NCBI GenBank assembly: GCA_016906335.1
Contig: JADEYG010000004.1
Span: forward strand, 1,178,001-1,242,000
Direction: 5' to 3'
DNA length: 64,000 nt
Origin: Novakomyces olei
Taxonomy: Eukaryota
Part shown: piece after piece, positions 47,697 through 62,000 of the stretch
Position numbering within the stretch: the stretch's first letter is position 1
Layout of the letters: each line of letters opens with the position of its first letter
The notes under the pieces: model-generated
Databases searched by the model: none
What the model was told of the DNA's origin: nothing
What the model saw: the letters and a program-made list of their open reading frames with translations, nothing else
Translations under genes and position numbers: made by a program

Positions 47697-50600
47697 TCAA
47701 GGGTACTCAAACAGTCCGTCGTCACCAAAATCCTCTGCTGCAGCACCGCCACCCCCACCGGGCGAGCCACCGCGGACAAGGCTGTGTGACAAAATAGCCG
47801 CTACTCGTGGGTAAAACTCTGGAATATTATCAGCCCAGTCGGGAGCGTCAGAGCCCTCGGAACTCTTTGACTCGACCGGTGTTACTGGAGCATCTTCCGT
47901 GAAAAACACGTCTAAATTGTGCAGAGCAGAGACCATATCGCCAAGCGTAGCGTTTTCCACATGATCCTCCGACGACGCCAGTGTATCCTGCCTATCCGCA
48001 GCATCTGTGAAATCCTCAATATGGAACTGAATTTCCACATTACCCGAAGGCTTCTCCGTACTTGTATGGGCACAAGTGTAAAAAGTAGCGTGCACATTAC
48101 CCCTGGCAGCAGCTGTCGCGAGCACAGGCGAAGGAATCGCCCATCCAGAGGTTGAAGGAATGCCAAAAAGTGTACCCGTCTTGTCAAACTCTTTACGGGC
48201 CGACCGAAAATTGCCAAACGACATTCGCAGTACACTTCTGTTGATGGGCTCAGCAGCGGCAGAAACAACACTCTCATTGTCCAAGACATCGAGCGCCTGA
48301 GCGGCTAAATCTGTCTGCAAGAGCCGTAGAAGCGGAGCCAGTAGCTCTGCTCCAAAGGAACTGAACGAGGCAGTGTTGAGCATAGGCGTTAGCACTTTGA
48401 GAATATCCAAAACCCGCAGCTTTATCCACTGCTCCTGGTTGCTCAAAAGGCCCAACAGGAATATCAGTGCATCGGCCTCGTGCAGTGGGAAAAAGGCCTG
48501 TGCACAGCTGCCCAGTAGCTGTTTTGTGAAATCCACAACGTTGCGGAACCGCGCGTTTGCAAACGAGTCCAAGACTCGAGCAATACTGTGCTGAGACTGG
48601 GCAGTGGCCAGCCGAGCCAGCTTGCCCGCCGTTTTCTGGCTGCCTCCTTTTGTATCGTCATTGCTGCTTTCGTAATTGGATTTGTCGTAATTGTTTTTGT
48701 AATTGTTCTTGTCGTAATTATTTTTATGATAATTATATTTATCATGATTGTTCTTGTCATGACTAATTTTATCATAATTTTTATCATAATTTTTATCATT
48801 TTTATCATAATATTTATCATGATTATTTTTGTAATTATTCAAATTCGAGTTTACAATATTGTTATATGGACTATTGCTGCTCGCGTTACTGGCGAGGTCA
48901 GGAAAAGACTCGACAAACCTTGGCGCAGAGGCCAAAATGCCATACATGAGCCGCACGTCTGCGGGCCCAAGCAGCTCGCTGGAATCCGTGTCGAGCAGTC
49001 GGTCGAGGGTAGCGACACAGGGCGCAAATGTACGGCTGGATTTGAACCCCTTTAGCAGCAGCGTAACAATCCCGTCAAAACTGCCCTCCCAACGTGGGGG
49101 AAAAGTGGATACGAGAAAGGCTACATTCTGCGGAGTGCCGATATCCACACGGTCCATAATCAGGTTCAGGCAGACAAGGCACTGTAAAAACTCTTGCTCA
49201 TTGGCTGTCTGAAGGCTGGCGACTACGGCCCAAAAGAGTTGGGGGAAAGCGAGAGCCTGCTCGCCATCGAGTCGCTCAATAATCATTGTAATCGTCCTCA
49301 GAATCTCCATGGCAAAGCCCTGAATGTCTACAGACACATCCGAGATGGTATTGGACAGGCGAGCAAGCATATCCGCCAGCATGCTCTGGTCAATATTCGG
49401 GTCCAGGCAGCGAAAGATCTGGAAAGAGCGGCAGGCGATGTGCCTTACAGGGCAATAAGTTGCCCAGTTGAGGGCGGTTATGGCCCACAGCGATCTCAGG
49501 TCGGGAAGGCAGGCTGAAAAGTCGTCAACCAGCTCGTGGATGAGGCTCCTCATCCGCTCTTTTGCCGGCTGGTGCCGGTACATGTCCATATCCTCGTACG
49601 CCCAAAACAGCGGGGCACTAGTACTGTGGTGGTGGTAGTGGTGGTCGGCACTTGTGCTGCTTAAACGTACAGCAAACTCGAGAAACCTGCGCTGCCTTTC
49701 GGGATCAGACTCGTTGGGGACGGCAATGTACACGATCAAATGGCGCAGCATTGTCTCCATTTGGCCACGGACAAAGGCGTTGTAATGGTCGAGCAGGGCC
49801 AGCGTGGCTTGCAGCACCAGCGGCAGCGAGCCCGCCATGCTCGGCAGCGGCTTTTCTACCAGCAAATCGACCATTAGAATAATTGCGACTTTGGCACTGG
49901 AGAGGATAACCGGCTTGCCTTTGCCCGCTGACGCCTTGTCAAGATCAGCGACGTAGGGGAATTGCTGCTGCTGGTCGGGTGACCAGCCTGATTCTCCAGC
50001 GGCAGCTCCAACTGCAAGTCCACTCTGGCCCCCACCACCCCCACCTTGACCCCCACCTTGACCCCCACCTTGACCCCCACCTTGACCCCCACTACCCCCA
50101 CCTTGACCCCCACTACCCCCACCTTGACCCCCACCTTGACCCCCACCTTGACCCCCACCTTGACCCCCACCTTGACCCCCACCTTGACCCCCATTTTGAC
50201 CCTCTCTGACATAGGGAATCATGAATTTCGGCTTCAAATGGACCATCAACGCCTCCATCAGCTTTTGGCCTGCGCTTGTGCGGCCAAGGTAGACGATGAT
50301 TTGCTTGGCAAACATAACAAACTCGGGTCTCCGGCGCTGGAGACTCTGGCGCATAACAAAATCGAGGATTGCCTTGACGTTCCCCGGATACGGGTTCGAA
50401 GCCAGCGCCGTCCACAGAGCCTCCATCTCGTTTTGCAGGCGGACACTGCACCCGACAGACAGCTCGTACAGGTTGGCCAGGACCATATGAGCTGCGGGAG
50501 TCAGCTCTTCTCCGTCCGGCTCGACTTGCAGCTCGATAACGTGCAGCCAGGGAAGCATAACACTGACCATATCTCGACGCCTCAGCTCGTCAATAGCCGA

Positions 50601-53600
50601 AAATATCTGGCAGCACTGCGAAAAGACATACGCAGCCACTGCCGGCAGCGCTGAAGCCCATGTCGAAGAGGCTACAAACTGCGGCTTTTTCGCAATTGCT
50701 ACTGTGCCACTTCGCAAGGCAGAGAGGTAGACGGCCGAGGTGCTCGTGCCCAGCAGGTCCTGCTCGTACTTGAGCTGCAGCGATCCCGCGACAAACCTCA
50801 CCTCCACATCCTCGTCGCCCAGCTTGTGCAGGCAGAGTGCCAGGACTTTGTAAGGCTCAACGCACAAGGCCGCCCGACTGTCCATTAACGCATCCGCCAG
50901 GCCAAGAAAAAAGTACTTGGCCGCTGGACAAGAAGAAGAAGAAATAGCACAAGAGCCAGAACCAGAACCAGGAGAAGGAGCAGTAGAAGGAAAAGTAGAA
51001 GAAGAAGAATGAAAAGCAGAAGAAGGAGCCAAAGTAGAAGCAAAAGTAGAAGCAAAAGTAGAAGAAGCAATAGAAGACCCTCTCGAGTCCAGAGCAAAGC
51101 AGCAAGTATAGGCGGCCAAGTACAATTGCACGTTATCCTGATTGCTCTGCAGCAAGTTCCGCAGAGCTCGAGCGCCAATGTTTACAATATGCGTCCGCCC
51201 GGCAAACAAGGCAGCTATCCAGTTGAGAAGGGCCCTTACATTGAACGACATTGTCGCCAGACTGTCCTCTCCAAGGACAAGACTTTGGCTGATGCCGCCA
51301 GCGCAGAGAGCTGCCATTGCACTCGCAGCCGCGTCCTCCACGTTCCTCTTGTCAATCTCCATTTGAGCAATCAAAGCTCCCCTATCCCGAACGTCCCGGG
51401 ACTGCTGGAGAATAGCAGTCCGCATTTTTTCGTCTCTGGCTCGAGACAGTTGCTCGCTGATCCCAAAGCCACACCATTCTTCCAGCAGCCGGAAGGCAGA
51501 GACTCTGCCTTCAAAGGGGATCAGGGCAGACGGGTTGGCAGTGGTCACGACAGCTGCCATTACCAGCTCGAGAAAGCGGCAAAAGTACCGTCTCAGCCGC
51601 TGGTACTCCCAGTCGTTTTGCACTTCTGCGTCAGACAGAAAGGATTTCAGGTCTTTTAAATACGAGAGCACTATCTGCAACGTCCACTTGTCCCGCAGGT
51701 ACATATCGTCCTGAAGGAAATGGCAGGTGGAGGCAAAAATGTGGGTAATCTCACTCCTGTACAGGTCAGTTTGACGGTTCTTGCGGGCCGCTGCTGCGTA
51801 AGGCCGATGCGCTAATCGTGAAGCTGTGTCCAACTGGACAGCGACAATCAGCGGCTGCAGTTCTTCAAGCAGCGTCTTGAACAGGTTTACGTTTATATTG
51901 CCAATGGCCGACACCATTGCCTCCCGAATGTTTGATAGCTCAACAGACAGCAGGGGCAGAACCATTTGGAAGATGGCTCTCGCTGAGCTTATCCGCTCAA
52001 TATTGGGGACACTAATCGACCGTTTCTTGCCGTGCCTCTGCACTGAGCGGGGGTACTGCTCATGCGTACTCGTCATGGTAGAAAAGGCTACAATCAAATC
52101 CAGTTTCCACTGCTCAATCAGGCACTCTGGCGATCCAAAGTTTTTCGGTAGCTTTGGCGTTATATCAAAGGGCGAAGGCAGTTTAAAGCTGTCAATAGAG
52201 GCAAGAATAACCGGGTTCGATTTAACCAGACGAGAGCAGATGCTGTTGCGGCAAAGCGCTACACAGACAGGCATCTTGGACTGCGCTAGTTTGATGAATT
52301 TGGCGAAAATATGGAACCAAATTGCCGCGTCTACTCCACTCTCGCTCTCTGCCAGCATTATCAGCGCCATGTGCCGATTGTCCCCAACCACACGAGCAAT
52401 ACGCGCCTTTTCAATAGCAGAACGGTGGGCAGTCTCGCTCTCGAGCAGGCTGACTGCCTCGTTCTCAATCACATCAATGAGCCGATCGTTTTTCATATCA
52501 GCGTCCGTCGATTTTGACGATTTCCGGCCATGAGAGGCCTGGTAGTTTCGGCCGGCTTCCAGTTGCTCATCTAGAGCGCTGTCCAGTAGCGTTACTAGCC
52601 GTAGCATTTTAATCGCTCGTTTACGGACAGTATAAAACTGATTGCAGAGAAAAAAGAGCCCATTTGCCTCTGTTTCCTCAATGATTGTCCACACAGACGT
52701 AAGCCCCAACTCCTCCCTCCGCCCCCCATCACTGGCTGGCCCTCCAGCCTCCAAAGCCCTGTCAATTTCAAGCGTTTTAGCTCGTATCCTTTCGATCCAA
52801 ATCTCCAACAGACTCAGGTAGATATCGAGTACGGACTCTGCATTAAGCGCAGTCAGAACCGTATCGCCAGAGATAACAAACCATCCATCGTACAGAGCAA
52901 TTAATTTGGAGTAAGTTGTAACCACAACTTCTGCCTTGTAGCGCCGAGCAAATGCCTCGATAGACAGTCGGGCCTGCTGAGAAATATTGGGGTCTGTGTG
53001 TGCAATGTTCTTGCAGACAATATCGATAATTTTGGCCACTGGGTACTTTTTGTCATCCACACAATGCGTACACGTCTCCAGCAGCACTACGAGCAAATCG
53101 AAAAACAGCTGCTTCTCCTTATTGCCCACTACCCTCAACAGCGGAATCATCTCTGGCGTACCGGGCGACCGAGTTCGCCGGCTTGTTTGAAACTGTACCT
53201 CTAACGCTGCCTCGCCTCCAAAGTGAGCATCGCAAAAGACGAGCAGTTTGATCAAGGCGGCCATGACTTTTTCCATTGTATCTTGGGCTAACGGTATACT
53301 CGCCAGATTATCAGCAACCTCGAACCGAAAATCTTGCTCCATTACAGACTCGATAGAGTGCGGGAAGGGCGGCTCAACGGGGGCAGTTTTGTAGTCGTAC
53401 ATGATACCAAAAAAGCCCTTGATGGCAACACACAGTCTTTCCGGACACAGGTCTTCTATACTGGCGGCCGCTATTTGTACAGAAGAGTTTATCGGGGACG
53501 CGTAAGCAGCCGAGCTCAACAAGGGCAGGACCAGGGTGCGGAAGCAATAGTCCGGGTGCGTGTACCCGATGATACGAACAAGCTCTGACAAGTGGTCCAG

Positions 53601-55331
53601 GCAGCCTGTCACGACAAAGGACGAAGACTTGTTTGAAGGCAGAACCAGTTTGATCAAAGTGTCCAGCTTTTTAATAGTGGCATTCAGACTCTCTGGGTAC
53701 CGATTAATGTAGACCCATACGAGCCTGATTATCCCCATCAGTGCCACCGATGGATTCGACTTGAAACGGGACGCATTTGCCTCAATCAGAGGGAGCCATT
53801 GAGCATGGAAAAACTCCTTTGGAGAGACACAAAGTATTGTGCACGACAGGGGAAAAGCAACCCCGAAATGCCGGACTTTAGTCGACATTTTGCTCGCCTT
53901 TGGGAACAGGAGCTCTGTTGTCCTTTGCCAAGCTGGAATATTGACCTCGACAGAGGCCACACCAGCAATAGACAGCAGCAGCCGGTTAAAGATATAAGTG
54001 TAAGCATGCTTTATCCGTGCACCGTGTGCTTGCGTGTAGAATTTTGCGAGGGAAAGCGTGAAATCAGCACACTCTTCCATTGCACTTATCGGGTATATCT
54101 TCATCTTCAAGTAGCGCATGCCGTTTATAATCATCTCCAGCTGAGCCTCACGCTCCTTGTTGAGCTGCTGGCCTCCAAACTTTTCCAAATCCTCGATAAA
54201 CCGGTCGCTGACACTCGTGAACCGTAGGGCAGAGAGATGGCCAAGCAGCTCTGCAAACAGGTTCCAGTTGGCCAATTTTAATGGACTCGACGAAATGGTT
54301 TCCCAGTCTGCCGATTTCAGTTGGTTGTACACAATCGTCTCGAGCCGTTCTGCCAATTCGTCACCCAGCGTCTCGATCGAAAGCTGCTGGACAATGGCAA
54401 TAAGCCCACGGCACAGAATGTATATCGACACTAGAGACTTGCGCTCTGCAACAACAGAATAATCGTTGCCAGGAGCGGCAGCTGCAGAATCTCCTCCTCC
54501 ACTTGCTCCTCCCATTTTGTTCCCAGCTGTACCAGCACCGTGAGCAAACGGTGAGGAAGCATTTACAGCATTTACAGCATTTACAGTGGCAGCATTTACA
54601 GTGGCAGCAGCAGTGGCAGTACTGCCTCTCCTCAAAGTGCCAGTCTCACGTACGTGTGAGGCTGCCGCTGCGGCTTTTAGCCTCCGCCAGTGCATAAGGC
54701 AGTCGATCACAGGCTTCGGCCGGCTGCGGGCAATGTGCCCGAGACTGTTAAGCAGGTTTTCAAAGACAGGATCGGCTCCCGGCCCAAGGATCACGTGGAC
54801 ATTTGGCTCCGAGTCAAACGAGTTTGGCCCTACAACGCTGTTCAGCTTTAGCTCAGCGTCACGTGCAAATGCGGTAAAGACTATATGCAGAGTATACTCG
54901 GCCGGCAGAGCTGGCACAGGTCCTTGTCCCTGTCCCTGTCCTTGTCCTTGTCCTTGTCCTTGCTGGGCTACTGAGCCAGAGGCAGTACTGCCCAGACCAG
55001 TATTGGCTGCCGCGCCAGCGGGTACAGTGCCGCCAGCGGTAAGCAGAGGCAGAGCCGAGTCTGTGGCTGAGCAATTGCCGCCGCCGCTACTGCCCGCGTC
55101 CTGTGAGTGCACGTTTAATGGGAAAACTGGCTGACGCGTGCCTGGAAGACTCGCCTGGCGATTATGGAGTTTGCGGACACGTGACTGCGCTGCCGCAGCA
55201 GCACTCAGCGAGAACTGCCTTCCCAGAGTTTTTTTCTCCACTGCCGCCAGCGCTGGCGGCGCTGGCGGGGGTGGCGGGACCGCTGAGCCCGAGATATCGA
55301 TCTGGTCTGCCGTCGGACCGCGCTGATCCAT
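47697..55331 (-). CDS. TAO3: RAM/MOR network scaffold Tao3/Pag1/Mor2 (Furry family)
   Basis: [54 protein letters not shown] and TLFGIP..SGWAIP; intronless 2544 aa. Confidence 0.95.
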   Translation of the reverse strand: MDQRGPTADQIDISGSAVPPPPPAPPALAAVEKKTLGRQFSLSAAAAAQSRVRKLHNRQASLPGTRQPVFPLNVHSQDAGSSGGGNCSATDSALPLLTAGGTVPAGAAANTGLGSTASGSVAQQGQGQGQGQGQGQGPVPALPAEYTLHIVFTAFARDAELKLNSVVGPNSFDSEPNVHVILGPGADPVFENLLNSLGHIARSRPKPVIDCLMHWRRLKAAAAASHVRETGTLRRGSTATAAATVNAATVNAVNAVNASSPFAHGAGTAGNKMGGASGGGDSAAAAPGNDYSVVAERKSLVSIYILCRGLIAIVQQLSIETLGDELAERLETIVYNQLKSADWETISSSPLKLANWNLFAELLGHLSALRFTSVSDRFIEDLEKFGGQQLNKEREAQLEMIINGMRYLKMKIYPISAMEECADFTLSLAKFYTQAHGARIKHAYTYIFNRLLLSIAGVASVEVNIPAWQRTTELLFPKASKMSTKVRHFGVAFPLSCTILCVSPKEFFHAQWLPLIEANASRFKSNPSVALMGIIRLVWVYINRYPESLNATIKKLDTLIKLVLPSNKSSSFVVTGCLDHLSELVRIIGYTHPDYCFRTLVLPLLSSAAYASPINSSVQIAAASIEDLCPERLCVAIKGFFGIMYDYKTAPVEPPFPHSIESVMEQDFRFEVADNLASIPLAQDTMEKVMAALIKLLVFCDAHFGGEAALEVQFQTSRRTRSPGTPEMIPLLRVVGNKEKQLFFDLLVVLLETCTHCVDDKKYPVAKIIDIVCKNIAHTDPNISQQARLSIEAFARRYKAEVVVTTYSKLIALYDGWFVISGDTVLTALNAESVLDIYLSLLEIWIERIRAKTLEIDRALEAGGPASDGGRREELGLTSVWTIIEETEANGLFFLCNQFYTVRKRAIKMLRLVTLLDSALDEQLEAGRNYQASHGRKSSKSTDADMKNDRLIDVIENEAVSLLESETAHRSAIEKARIARVVGDNRHMALIMLAESESGVDAAIWFHIFAKFIKLAQSKMPVCVALCRNSICSRLVKSNPVILASIDSFKLPSPFDITPKLPKNFGSPECLIEQWKLDLIVAFSTMTSTHEQYPRSVQRHGKKRSISVPNIERISSARAIFQMVLPLLSVELSNIREAMVSAIGNINVNLFKTLLEELQPLIVAVQLDTASRLAHRPYAAAARKNRQTDLYRSEITHIFASTCHFLQDDMYLRDKWTLQIVLSYLKDLKSFLSDAEVQNDWEYQRLRRYFCRFLELVMAAVVTTANPSALIPFEGRVSAFRLLEEWCGFGISEQLSRARDEKMRTAILQQSRDVRDRGALIAQMEIDKRNVEDAAASAMAALCAGGISQSLVLGEDSLATMSFNVRALLNWIAALFAGRTHIVNIGARALRNLLQSNQDNVQLYLAAYTCCFALDSRGSSIASSTFASTFASTLAPSSAFHSSSSTFPSTAPSPGSGSGSCAISSSSCPAAKYFFLGLADALMDSRAALCVEPYKVLALCLHKLGDEDVEVRFVAGSLQLKYEQDLLGTSTSAVYLSALRSGTVAIAKKPQFVASSTWASALPAVAAYVFSQCCQIFSAIDELRRRDMVSVMLPWLHVIELQVEPDGEELTPAAHMVLANLYELSVGCSVRLQNEMEALWTALASNPYPGNVKAILDFVMRQSLQRRRPEFVMFAKQIIVYLGRTSAGQKLMEALMVHLKPKFMIPYVREGQNGGQGGGQGGGQGGGQGGGQGGGQGGGSGGQGGGSGGQGGGQGGGQGGGQGGGGGGQSGLAVGAAAGESGWSPDQQQQFPYVADLDKASAGKGKPVILSSAKVAIILMVDLLVEKPLPSMAGSLPLVLQATLALLDHYNAFVRGQMETMLRHLIVYIAVPNESDPERQRRFLEFAVRLSSTSADHHYHHHSTSAPLFWAYEDMDMYRHQPAKERMRSLIHELVDDFSACLPDLRSLWAITALNWATYCPVRHIACRSFQIFRCLDPNIDQSMLADMLARLSNTISDVSVDIQGFAMEILRTITMIIERLDGEQALAFPQLFWAVVASLQTANEQEFLQCLVCLNLIMDRVDIGTPQNVAFLVSTFPPRWEGSFDGIVTLLLKGFKSSRTFAPCVATLDRLLDTDSSELLGPADVRLMYGILASAPRFVESFPDLASNASSNSPYNNIVNSNLNNYKNNHDKYYDKNDKNYDKNYDKISHDKNNHDKYNYHKNNYDKNNYKNNYDKSNYESSNDDTKGGSQKTAGKLARLATAQSQHSIARVLDSFANARFRNVVDFTKQLLGSCAQAFFPLHEADALIFLLGLLSNQEQWIKLRVLDILKVLTPMLNTASFSSFGAELLAPLLRLLQTDLAAQALDVLDNESVVSAAAEPINRSVLRMSFGNFRSARKEFDKTGTLFGIPSTSGWAIPSPVLATAAARGNVHATFYTCAHTSTEKPSGNVEIQFHIEDFTDAADRQDTLASSEDHVENATLGDMVSALHNLDVFFTEDAPVTPVESKSSEGSDAPDWADNIPEFYPRVAAILSHSLVRGGSPGGGGGAAAEDFGDDGLFEYP

Positions 55332-55498
55332 TTCTCAGGCAGGCAGATACGGAGTTTCTACCAGTTGGCCATTATACAGTCGGCGTAGACGATCGGCAGC
55401 TCGTTAGGGTTAGTGTGGCCGTTGCGGCGTGGTTTACTCTGCCTGACGCGCTAGAGACCGTGCTTGATTGGGTGCCAAATCATCGTTTTTTGTTGTTG

Positions 55499-55653
<155 letters not shown>

Positions 55654-55805
55654 TTATTGTTGGAAAAAATTGGCTTAAAGGTGAGGATTGAGAGTACATT
55701 CAGTAAGTGACTTAGATTGACAATTATACAAGTTCAGGTAGCAACCAGATTCAGATTTAGGAGACATTTAAGCTAATTCACTGAGATATAAGCACAACTT
55801 TTAAC

Positions 55806-56175
55806 ATTTATTATTATATTTATTATATTTATTATATTTATTATATTTATTATATTTATTATATTTATTATATTTATTATATTTATTATATTTATTATAT
55901 TTATTATATTTATTATATTTTTTATTATATTTATTATATTTATTATATTTATTATATTTATTATATTTATTATATTTATTATATTTATTATATTTATTAT
56001 ATTTATTATATTTATTATATTTATTATATTTATTATATTTATTATATTTATTATATTTATTATTATATTTATTATTATATTTATTATTATATTTATTATT
56101 ATATTTATTATTATATTTATTATTATATTTATTATTATATTTATTATTATATTTATTATTATATTTATTATCTAT
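55806..56175. repeat. Compound (TTATTATAT)n / (TTATTATTATAT)n array
   Basis: 9-mer array grading into a 12-mer array. Confidence 0.96.
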
Positions 56176-56840
56176 TACTATTATTATCTTTGTCTTATTA
56201 CCTGTGGAAAAGCCAATAACCATGGTCCTAGCAATCAGGACGGAGGCTTGCGAGCAAATGTTGTTAATTTGGTTTTTAATATTAGTTGTCTTTAATATTT
56301 GATATTTTGTTTATTAGTTTCATTTCTAATTTTATCTTGTTTTATTTTTATAATATTTCTATCCTCATTTCCAATTTTTTTTCCAATTTTACCAATTTTA
56401 TTCCCATTTTAATTTTTATTTTAATTTTTATTTTAATTTTTATTTATAAATTTATTTTGTTTAATTTCTATTACATTTGTGGTCTAATTTCTAATTTAAT
56501 TCACAATTTTCCAATTTTACTTTCAATTTTATTTTAATTTCTAGTTTCATTCTAGTTTTATTTCCAATTTTATTACATTTTATTCCTAGTTTCATTTCCT
56601 ATTTTATTTCTAGTTTATTTCTATTTTTATCTTTATTTCCAGTCTATTTCTAGTTTTATATTCTAATCTTATTACCAATTTTATTCTTATTCGTATAATA
56701 TTCCAAGTATTATATTCTAATATAATATATTACTAATTTTTCTTTATCGCAAGATTACTTGTCGCCAGCGTACTCTGTCTAGTCACTGATCCAAATTGCA
56801 GAGATTCTAGCGCGACAAAGCGACAAGGAGCAATCGGAAA

Positions 56841-58277
56841 ATGATCAAAAATAGAGCAAATAGACGCGCTGGCCAAACCTGTCTGCTCGCATTAAGGCGC
56901 AGCTACGCTTCAACTGGAGACGGCAGCAACAGCGGTCGGCGTCGCTTAGAAGCGAGCTTGCGTAACTCTGAGTTTACGGACAAACTATCGTCCGGACCGG
57001 GCTTGGATGATTTTATACGTGGCAGCGGTGCCGCTGTGACACAGACGGAGGCTTACGAGCTGGCTGGAGCGGGCAGTGGCAAAGGTCTCAGCCAGAAACA
57101 GGTTCGGCTGCCAGAGTGGCTGAAAACAAATGTGCCCTTGGGAGCAAATTTTACAAAGATCAAGAAAGATTTGCGCGGGCTTAATCTGCATACGGTGTAA
57201 GTGGAAAGGTTGTATGGGAGTGTACACTTTACTAAGCAAAGGTGCGAGGAGGCGAGGTGCCCTAATATCGGAGAGTGCTGGGGCGGATCTGACAAGGCAC
57301 GTGCTACTGCGACTATTATGCTCATGGGCGATACGTGCACCCGTGGCTGCCGGTTTTGCAGCGTCAAAACTAGCCGGCGGCCGGCCGAGCTGGACCCTCA
57401 TGAGCCGGAGCATACAGCTGAAGCTCTAGCCCGGTGGGGGTTGGGGTACGTCGTGCTGACTTCAGTGGACCGGGATGACTTGGCCGATGGAGGAGCTGCG
57501 CATTTTGCTTCTACTATAGAGAAGATCAAGTCAAAGGCTCCACACATACTGGTGGAAGCGCTTACTGGCGATTTTGCCGGCAGCATTGAGGGCGTTTCGC
57601 GTGTCGCCCTGTCGGGGCTGGACGTTTATGCGCACAACATGGAAACAGTGGAAGAACTGACGCCTTTTGTACGCGATCCAAGGGCAAAGTATCGGCAGAG
57701 TCTCAGTGTTTTGCACCACGCTAAATCTGTACGCCCTGATCTTATTACAAAGACGTCTTTAATGCTCGGGCTGGGCGAAACTGACAAGCAGGTCGAGCAG
57801 ACGTTGAAGGGTACGTTCTATTCTAGACTGACTCTTTACAGAAACAGCTTTATGAAACTCGCTTTTGCATTTATATAAATATATATATATATATATATAA
57901 TTTTTTTTTTTGACCCGTTCGCATTTGCTATTGCGGTGAGACTCGGCGTTTAGCTTCTTACAAGTTTGGCAATATATCAGCGTTTCCTTTTTAAATTATA
58001 CTCACCTCTAGATTTGCGCGCAAACAATGTAGACGTTGTCACCTTTGGACAGTATATGAGGCCGACGAAGCGACACATGAAAGTACAGGAGTATGTGAGC
58101 CCGGAAAAGTTTGATTACTGGCGGCAAATGGCGGAGAGTATGGGCTTTTTATACGTTGCATCGGGTCCCCTTGTGCGGTCAAGCTACAAGGCAGGCGAAG
58201 CGTTCATTGAGAACGTTCTGAAACGTCGCCAGCGCGAAGCTGCCGCCAACCTTGGTCATAATCGGGAGCAAATTTAG
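56841..58277 (+). CDS. LIP5: Mitochondrial lipoyl synthase, 3 exons
   Basis: Spliced [25 protein letters not shown] radical-SAM motif and GPLVRSSY. Confidence 0.97.
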
Positions 58278-59061
58278 ATCTTTGTTGTATTTTCTCTGCC
58301 GGTGCTCGGCACGCATATAGGCTTATTCCTTTTTTCTTTTTTTTTTTTCTTTTTTTTCCAGGTTGGACGATTGGTCACTGCTGCTCGCCGTACAATCTTG
58401 CTGTACACATTCAGAGTAAGAACCGGTTTGTCTTGGTTTTGCTTTATTAATATATTTATTATTAAATTAGGTTTAAAACGAAGTAAACAACAGTAGACAG
58501 AATAATAACAAAATAAAGCAAAGCAAACGCAAAAAAGCAATTTTTCTTTGTAAAATTCCTTGTTTTCTGCTAAAATACGCGACGACTGAAAAGTATTCTC
58601 TTTTATGACGACACAATACGGAGTATATTAAAAGGGTCTATACCCTTTTAGGTAACATGTCTTATATTAAAATTTCTTGATCAGACTTTTATATGCACGC
58701 AAGCAGGGTAAATTTGCACAAGTAAACATATACAAAAAATTAAAAGAATTAAAAAAAAATCTATTTATTTTAATTAAAAAAATTTTGGACTCGAAATCTA
58801 CAAATTTTTGCCATTAGTTGAACGGTCCATTGCACCAATCGCTCTTTCGCTTTTGCAACGGCGGCCGTTCAGCAATAAGGCACACTTTTGCGCGGACCGG
58901 TTTCGTTCACAACCGTCAACACGAACGGCCTTTGCAATTGTATTATTACAAAAGGATCACTTAACGCAGAAGCCCTGCTTGCCTGTGCCTGTCAGAATTT
59001 CTTTGTGTCCAGAGAAACGACGATCATTGTCGAATAGATTTCCGGCCAGAGCAGAAGTGTA

Positions 59062-62000
59062 ATGGTGGGGAAGACTGTTCCACAAATACCGGCTGCACCG
59101 GCCAGTCCGGCCCTGATTGAGGGCCGAGATGAGGCTCCCAGGCTGGCCGGCTTGGAATTGGCAGATGGCGCTGTCTACTATGGATACTCGTTCGGTGCTG
59201 AAACGTCGGTCGCCGGTGAACTCGTTTTCCAGACGGGTAAGCGCTCTGATCAGGCTCTTGCGGCTCTTTTATTCTATTTTATTTTATTTTATTTTATTTT
59301 ATTCTGTTTTATTTTATTTTTGGCCATAGATCGGTTTTGAGTATGAATTCGTTCGGTCCGCCTTGCAATAGTGTCTTTATGGACTTTTATTACTTTCTGG
59401 CTTTAACAGGTCGCTGGATTAAACTTTTCTATCCACTATCTTATTGGCCCGTACTAATTCCAGGCATGGTGGGCTATCCCGAGTCTATTACTGATCCATC
59501 GTACCGGGGCCAGATCTTGGTTATAACGTACCCTTTGGTCGGCAATTACGGTGTCCCCTCCCGTGAGGAACTGGACGCACTGCATGACAATATACGTGCC
59601 CATTTTGAGTCTAGCCACATTCACATAAAGGCGCTAGTGGTCAGCACGTATGCGCGCGAATACTCGCACCATCTTGCCTACAGCACTCTGAGCTCATGGC
59701 TCTGCGAACAGGGTGTTCCGGCTATCTATGGCGTGGATACGAGAGAGCTTACTAAGCGTATTCGCTCAGAGGGCTCTATGCTGGGCCGGGTGCTCATGTC
59801 AAAGCCAGCGGGAGTTGCAGAGAAAATCCTGGCCTCGCTTAATCTGAGCGCCTTGTCGCCCCCTTCAGCTGAAGACTGGCAATCGTCTTTTGAACTCGTA
59901 GAGTGGTACGATCCAAACAAGGATAACTTGGTCAAAGAGGTCAGTATCACTGAGCCTTTTGTGCTGGACGTGCCCTCTAATGTCACTGCGCAAAAGGGCC
60001 CCAAGGGTACCCCCTTGCGGATCCTTACGATCGATGTGGGGATGAAGGCAAACCAGTTGAGATGCCTCTTGCGCCGTGGAGTACAGGTCAAAGTTGTGCC
60101 CTGGAATTACGACATTTCCAGTGAGGAGTATGATGGTCTTTTCATCAGCAATGGACCCGGAGACCCTGCCAGGCTAGACACTGTTGTGCAGACCCTAAAA
60201 TCTGTCTTGCTCAGCAGAAAGACTCCAGTTTTCGGTATTTGCTTGGGCCACCAGCTGCTCTCCCGGGCGGCAGGTGCACAAACCAAAAAGATGAAGTTTG
60301 GTAACCGTGGGCAAAACATCCCCTGCACGAACTTGCTCAATGGTCGATGCTATATAACGTCGCAGAATCACGGATACGCGGTTGATACGGAGACACTGCC
60401 AGAGGATTGGAAGGAACTGTTTGTCAATGCCAACGACGCTTCAAACGAAGGCATTTACCATACCAAACTGCCCTTTTTTTCTGTGCAGTTCCACCCGGAA
60501 GCCAACCCTGGCCCCAGGGATACCGAGTTTTTGTTTGACGTGTTTCTCGACTCTGTTGCCGAGTCTGCTGCTAAAGGTGCCCTAGTGCCCTTTAAAATGC
60601 CCCACAATCCGGATCCTCGGCACAATGCTCTCGTGGACAAACGTGTTTCTGTCAAAAAGGTACTTATTCTCGGTAGCGGTGGTCTCAGTATCGGCCAGGC
60701 AGGCGAGTTTGATTACTCTGGAAGCCAGGCTATCAAGGCCCTCAAGGAGGAAGGCATATACACTGTACTGATTAACCCTAATATTGCCACTATACAAACA
60801 TCAAAGGGTTTGGCTGACAAGGTGTATTTCCTGCCTGTCAACCCAGAGTTTGTTCGCAAGGTTATAAAGTACGAAAGACCGGATGCTATTTACGTTACTT
60901 TTGGTGGGCAAACTGCTCTTAATGTCGGTATTGCTCTCAAAGACGAGTTTGAGAGCTTGGGCGTAAAAGTGCTGGGTACTCCGATTGATACGATTATTAC
61001 TACAGAGGACCGTGAGCTTTTTGCACGTAGCGTTGAGCAGATCAATGAAAAATGCGCCAAGTCTGCGTCCGCCTCCAGTATAGAGGAGGCAAAGCAAGCT
61101 GTTCGTGATATCGGGTACCCTGTTATTGTTCGGGCCGCTTACGCTCTCGGCGGTCTCGGCTCCGGTTTTGCCGATAACGAGAAGGAGCTGGTTGATTTGT
61201 GTAACATTGCCTTTGCCACCAGTCCACAGGTCCTTGTTGAGCGGTCAATGAAAGGCTGGAAAGAGATTGAGTATGAGGTTGTGCGAGACATCAACGACAA
61301 CTGTATAACCGTCTGTAATATGGAGAACTTTGATCCGCTCGGAATCCACACGGGCGACTCTATCGTTGTTGCGCCCTCGCAGACTCTTTCCGATGCCGAT
61401 TACAATATGCTCAGGGACACTGCCGTCAATGTGATTCGTCATTTGGGAGTGGTTGGAGAGTGCAATATTCAGTATGCACTGAACCCCTTTTCCAAGGAAT
61501 ACTGTATCATTGAGGTGAATGCCCGACTTTCACGATCATCGGCACTGGCCTCAAAGGCCACTGGTTACCCTCTGGCTTTTATTGCCGCCAAGCTGGGTCT
61601 CGGCATCCCGCTGAACGAGATCAAAAACTCTGTTACACGGACGACATGTGCCTGCTTTGAGCCGAGCCTGGACTATGTCGTTGTAAAGATTCCACGGTGG
61701 GATCTAAAGAAGTTTACACGTGTCCGGACAGAGCTGAATTCCGCTATGAAATCTGTGGGCGAAGTAATGAGTATCGGCCGCACGTTTGAGGAGGCAATAC
61801 AGAAAGCCATTAGGGCCATTGACTACTCCAATCTCGGTTTCATGCAGACAGATGCGCTCATGTCTATTGAGCAGGAGCTGCAAACGCCTTCGGATCAAAG
61901 GCTGTTTGCTATTGCCAACGCTATGGCTTCCGGGTACACGGTGGACAAGATATGGAGCATGACGAGTATTGACAAATGGTTCCTGACCCGTCTGTATGGG

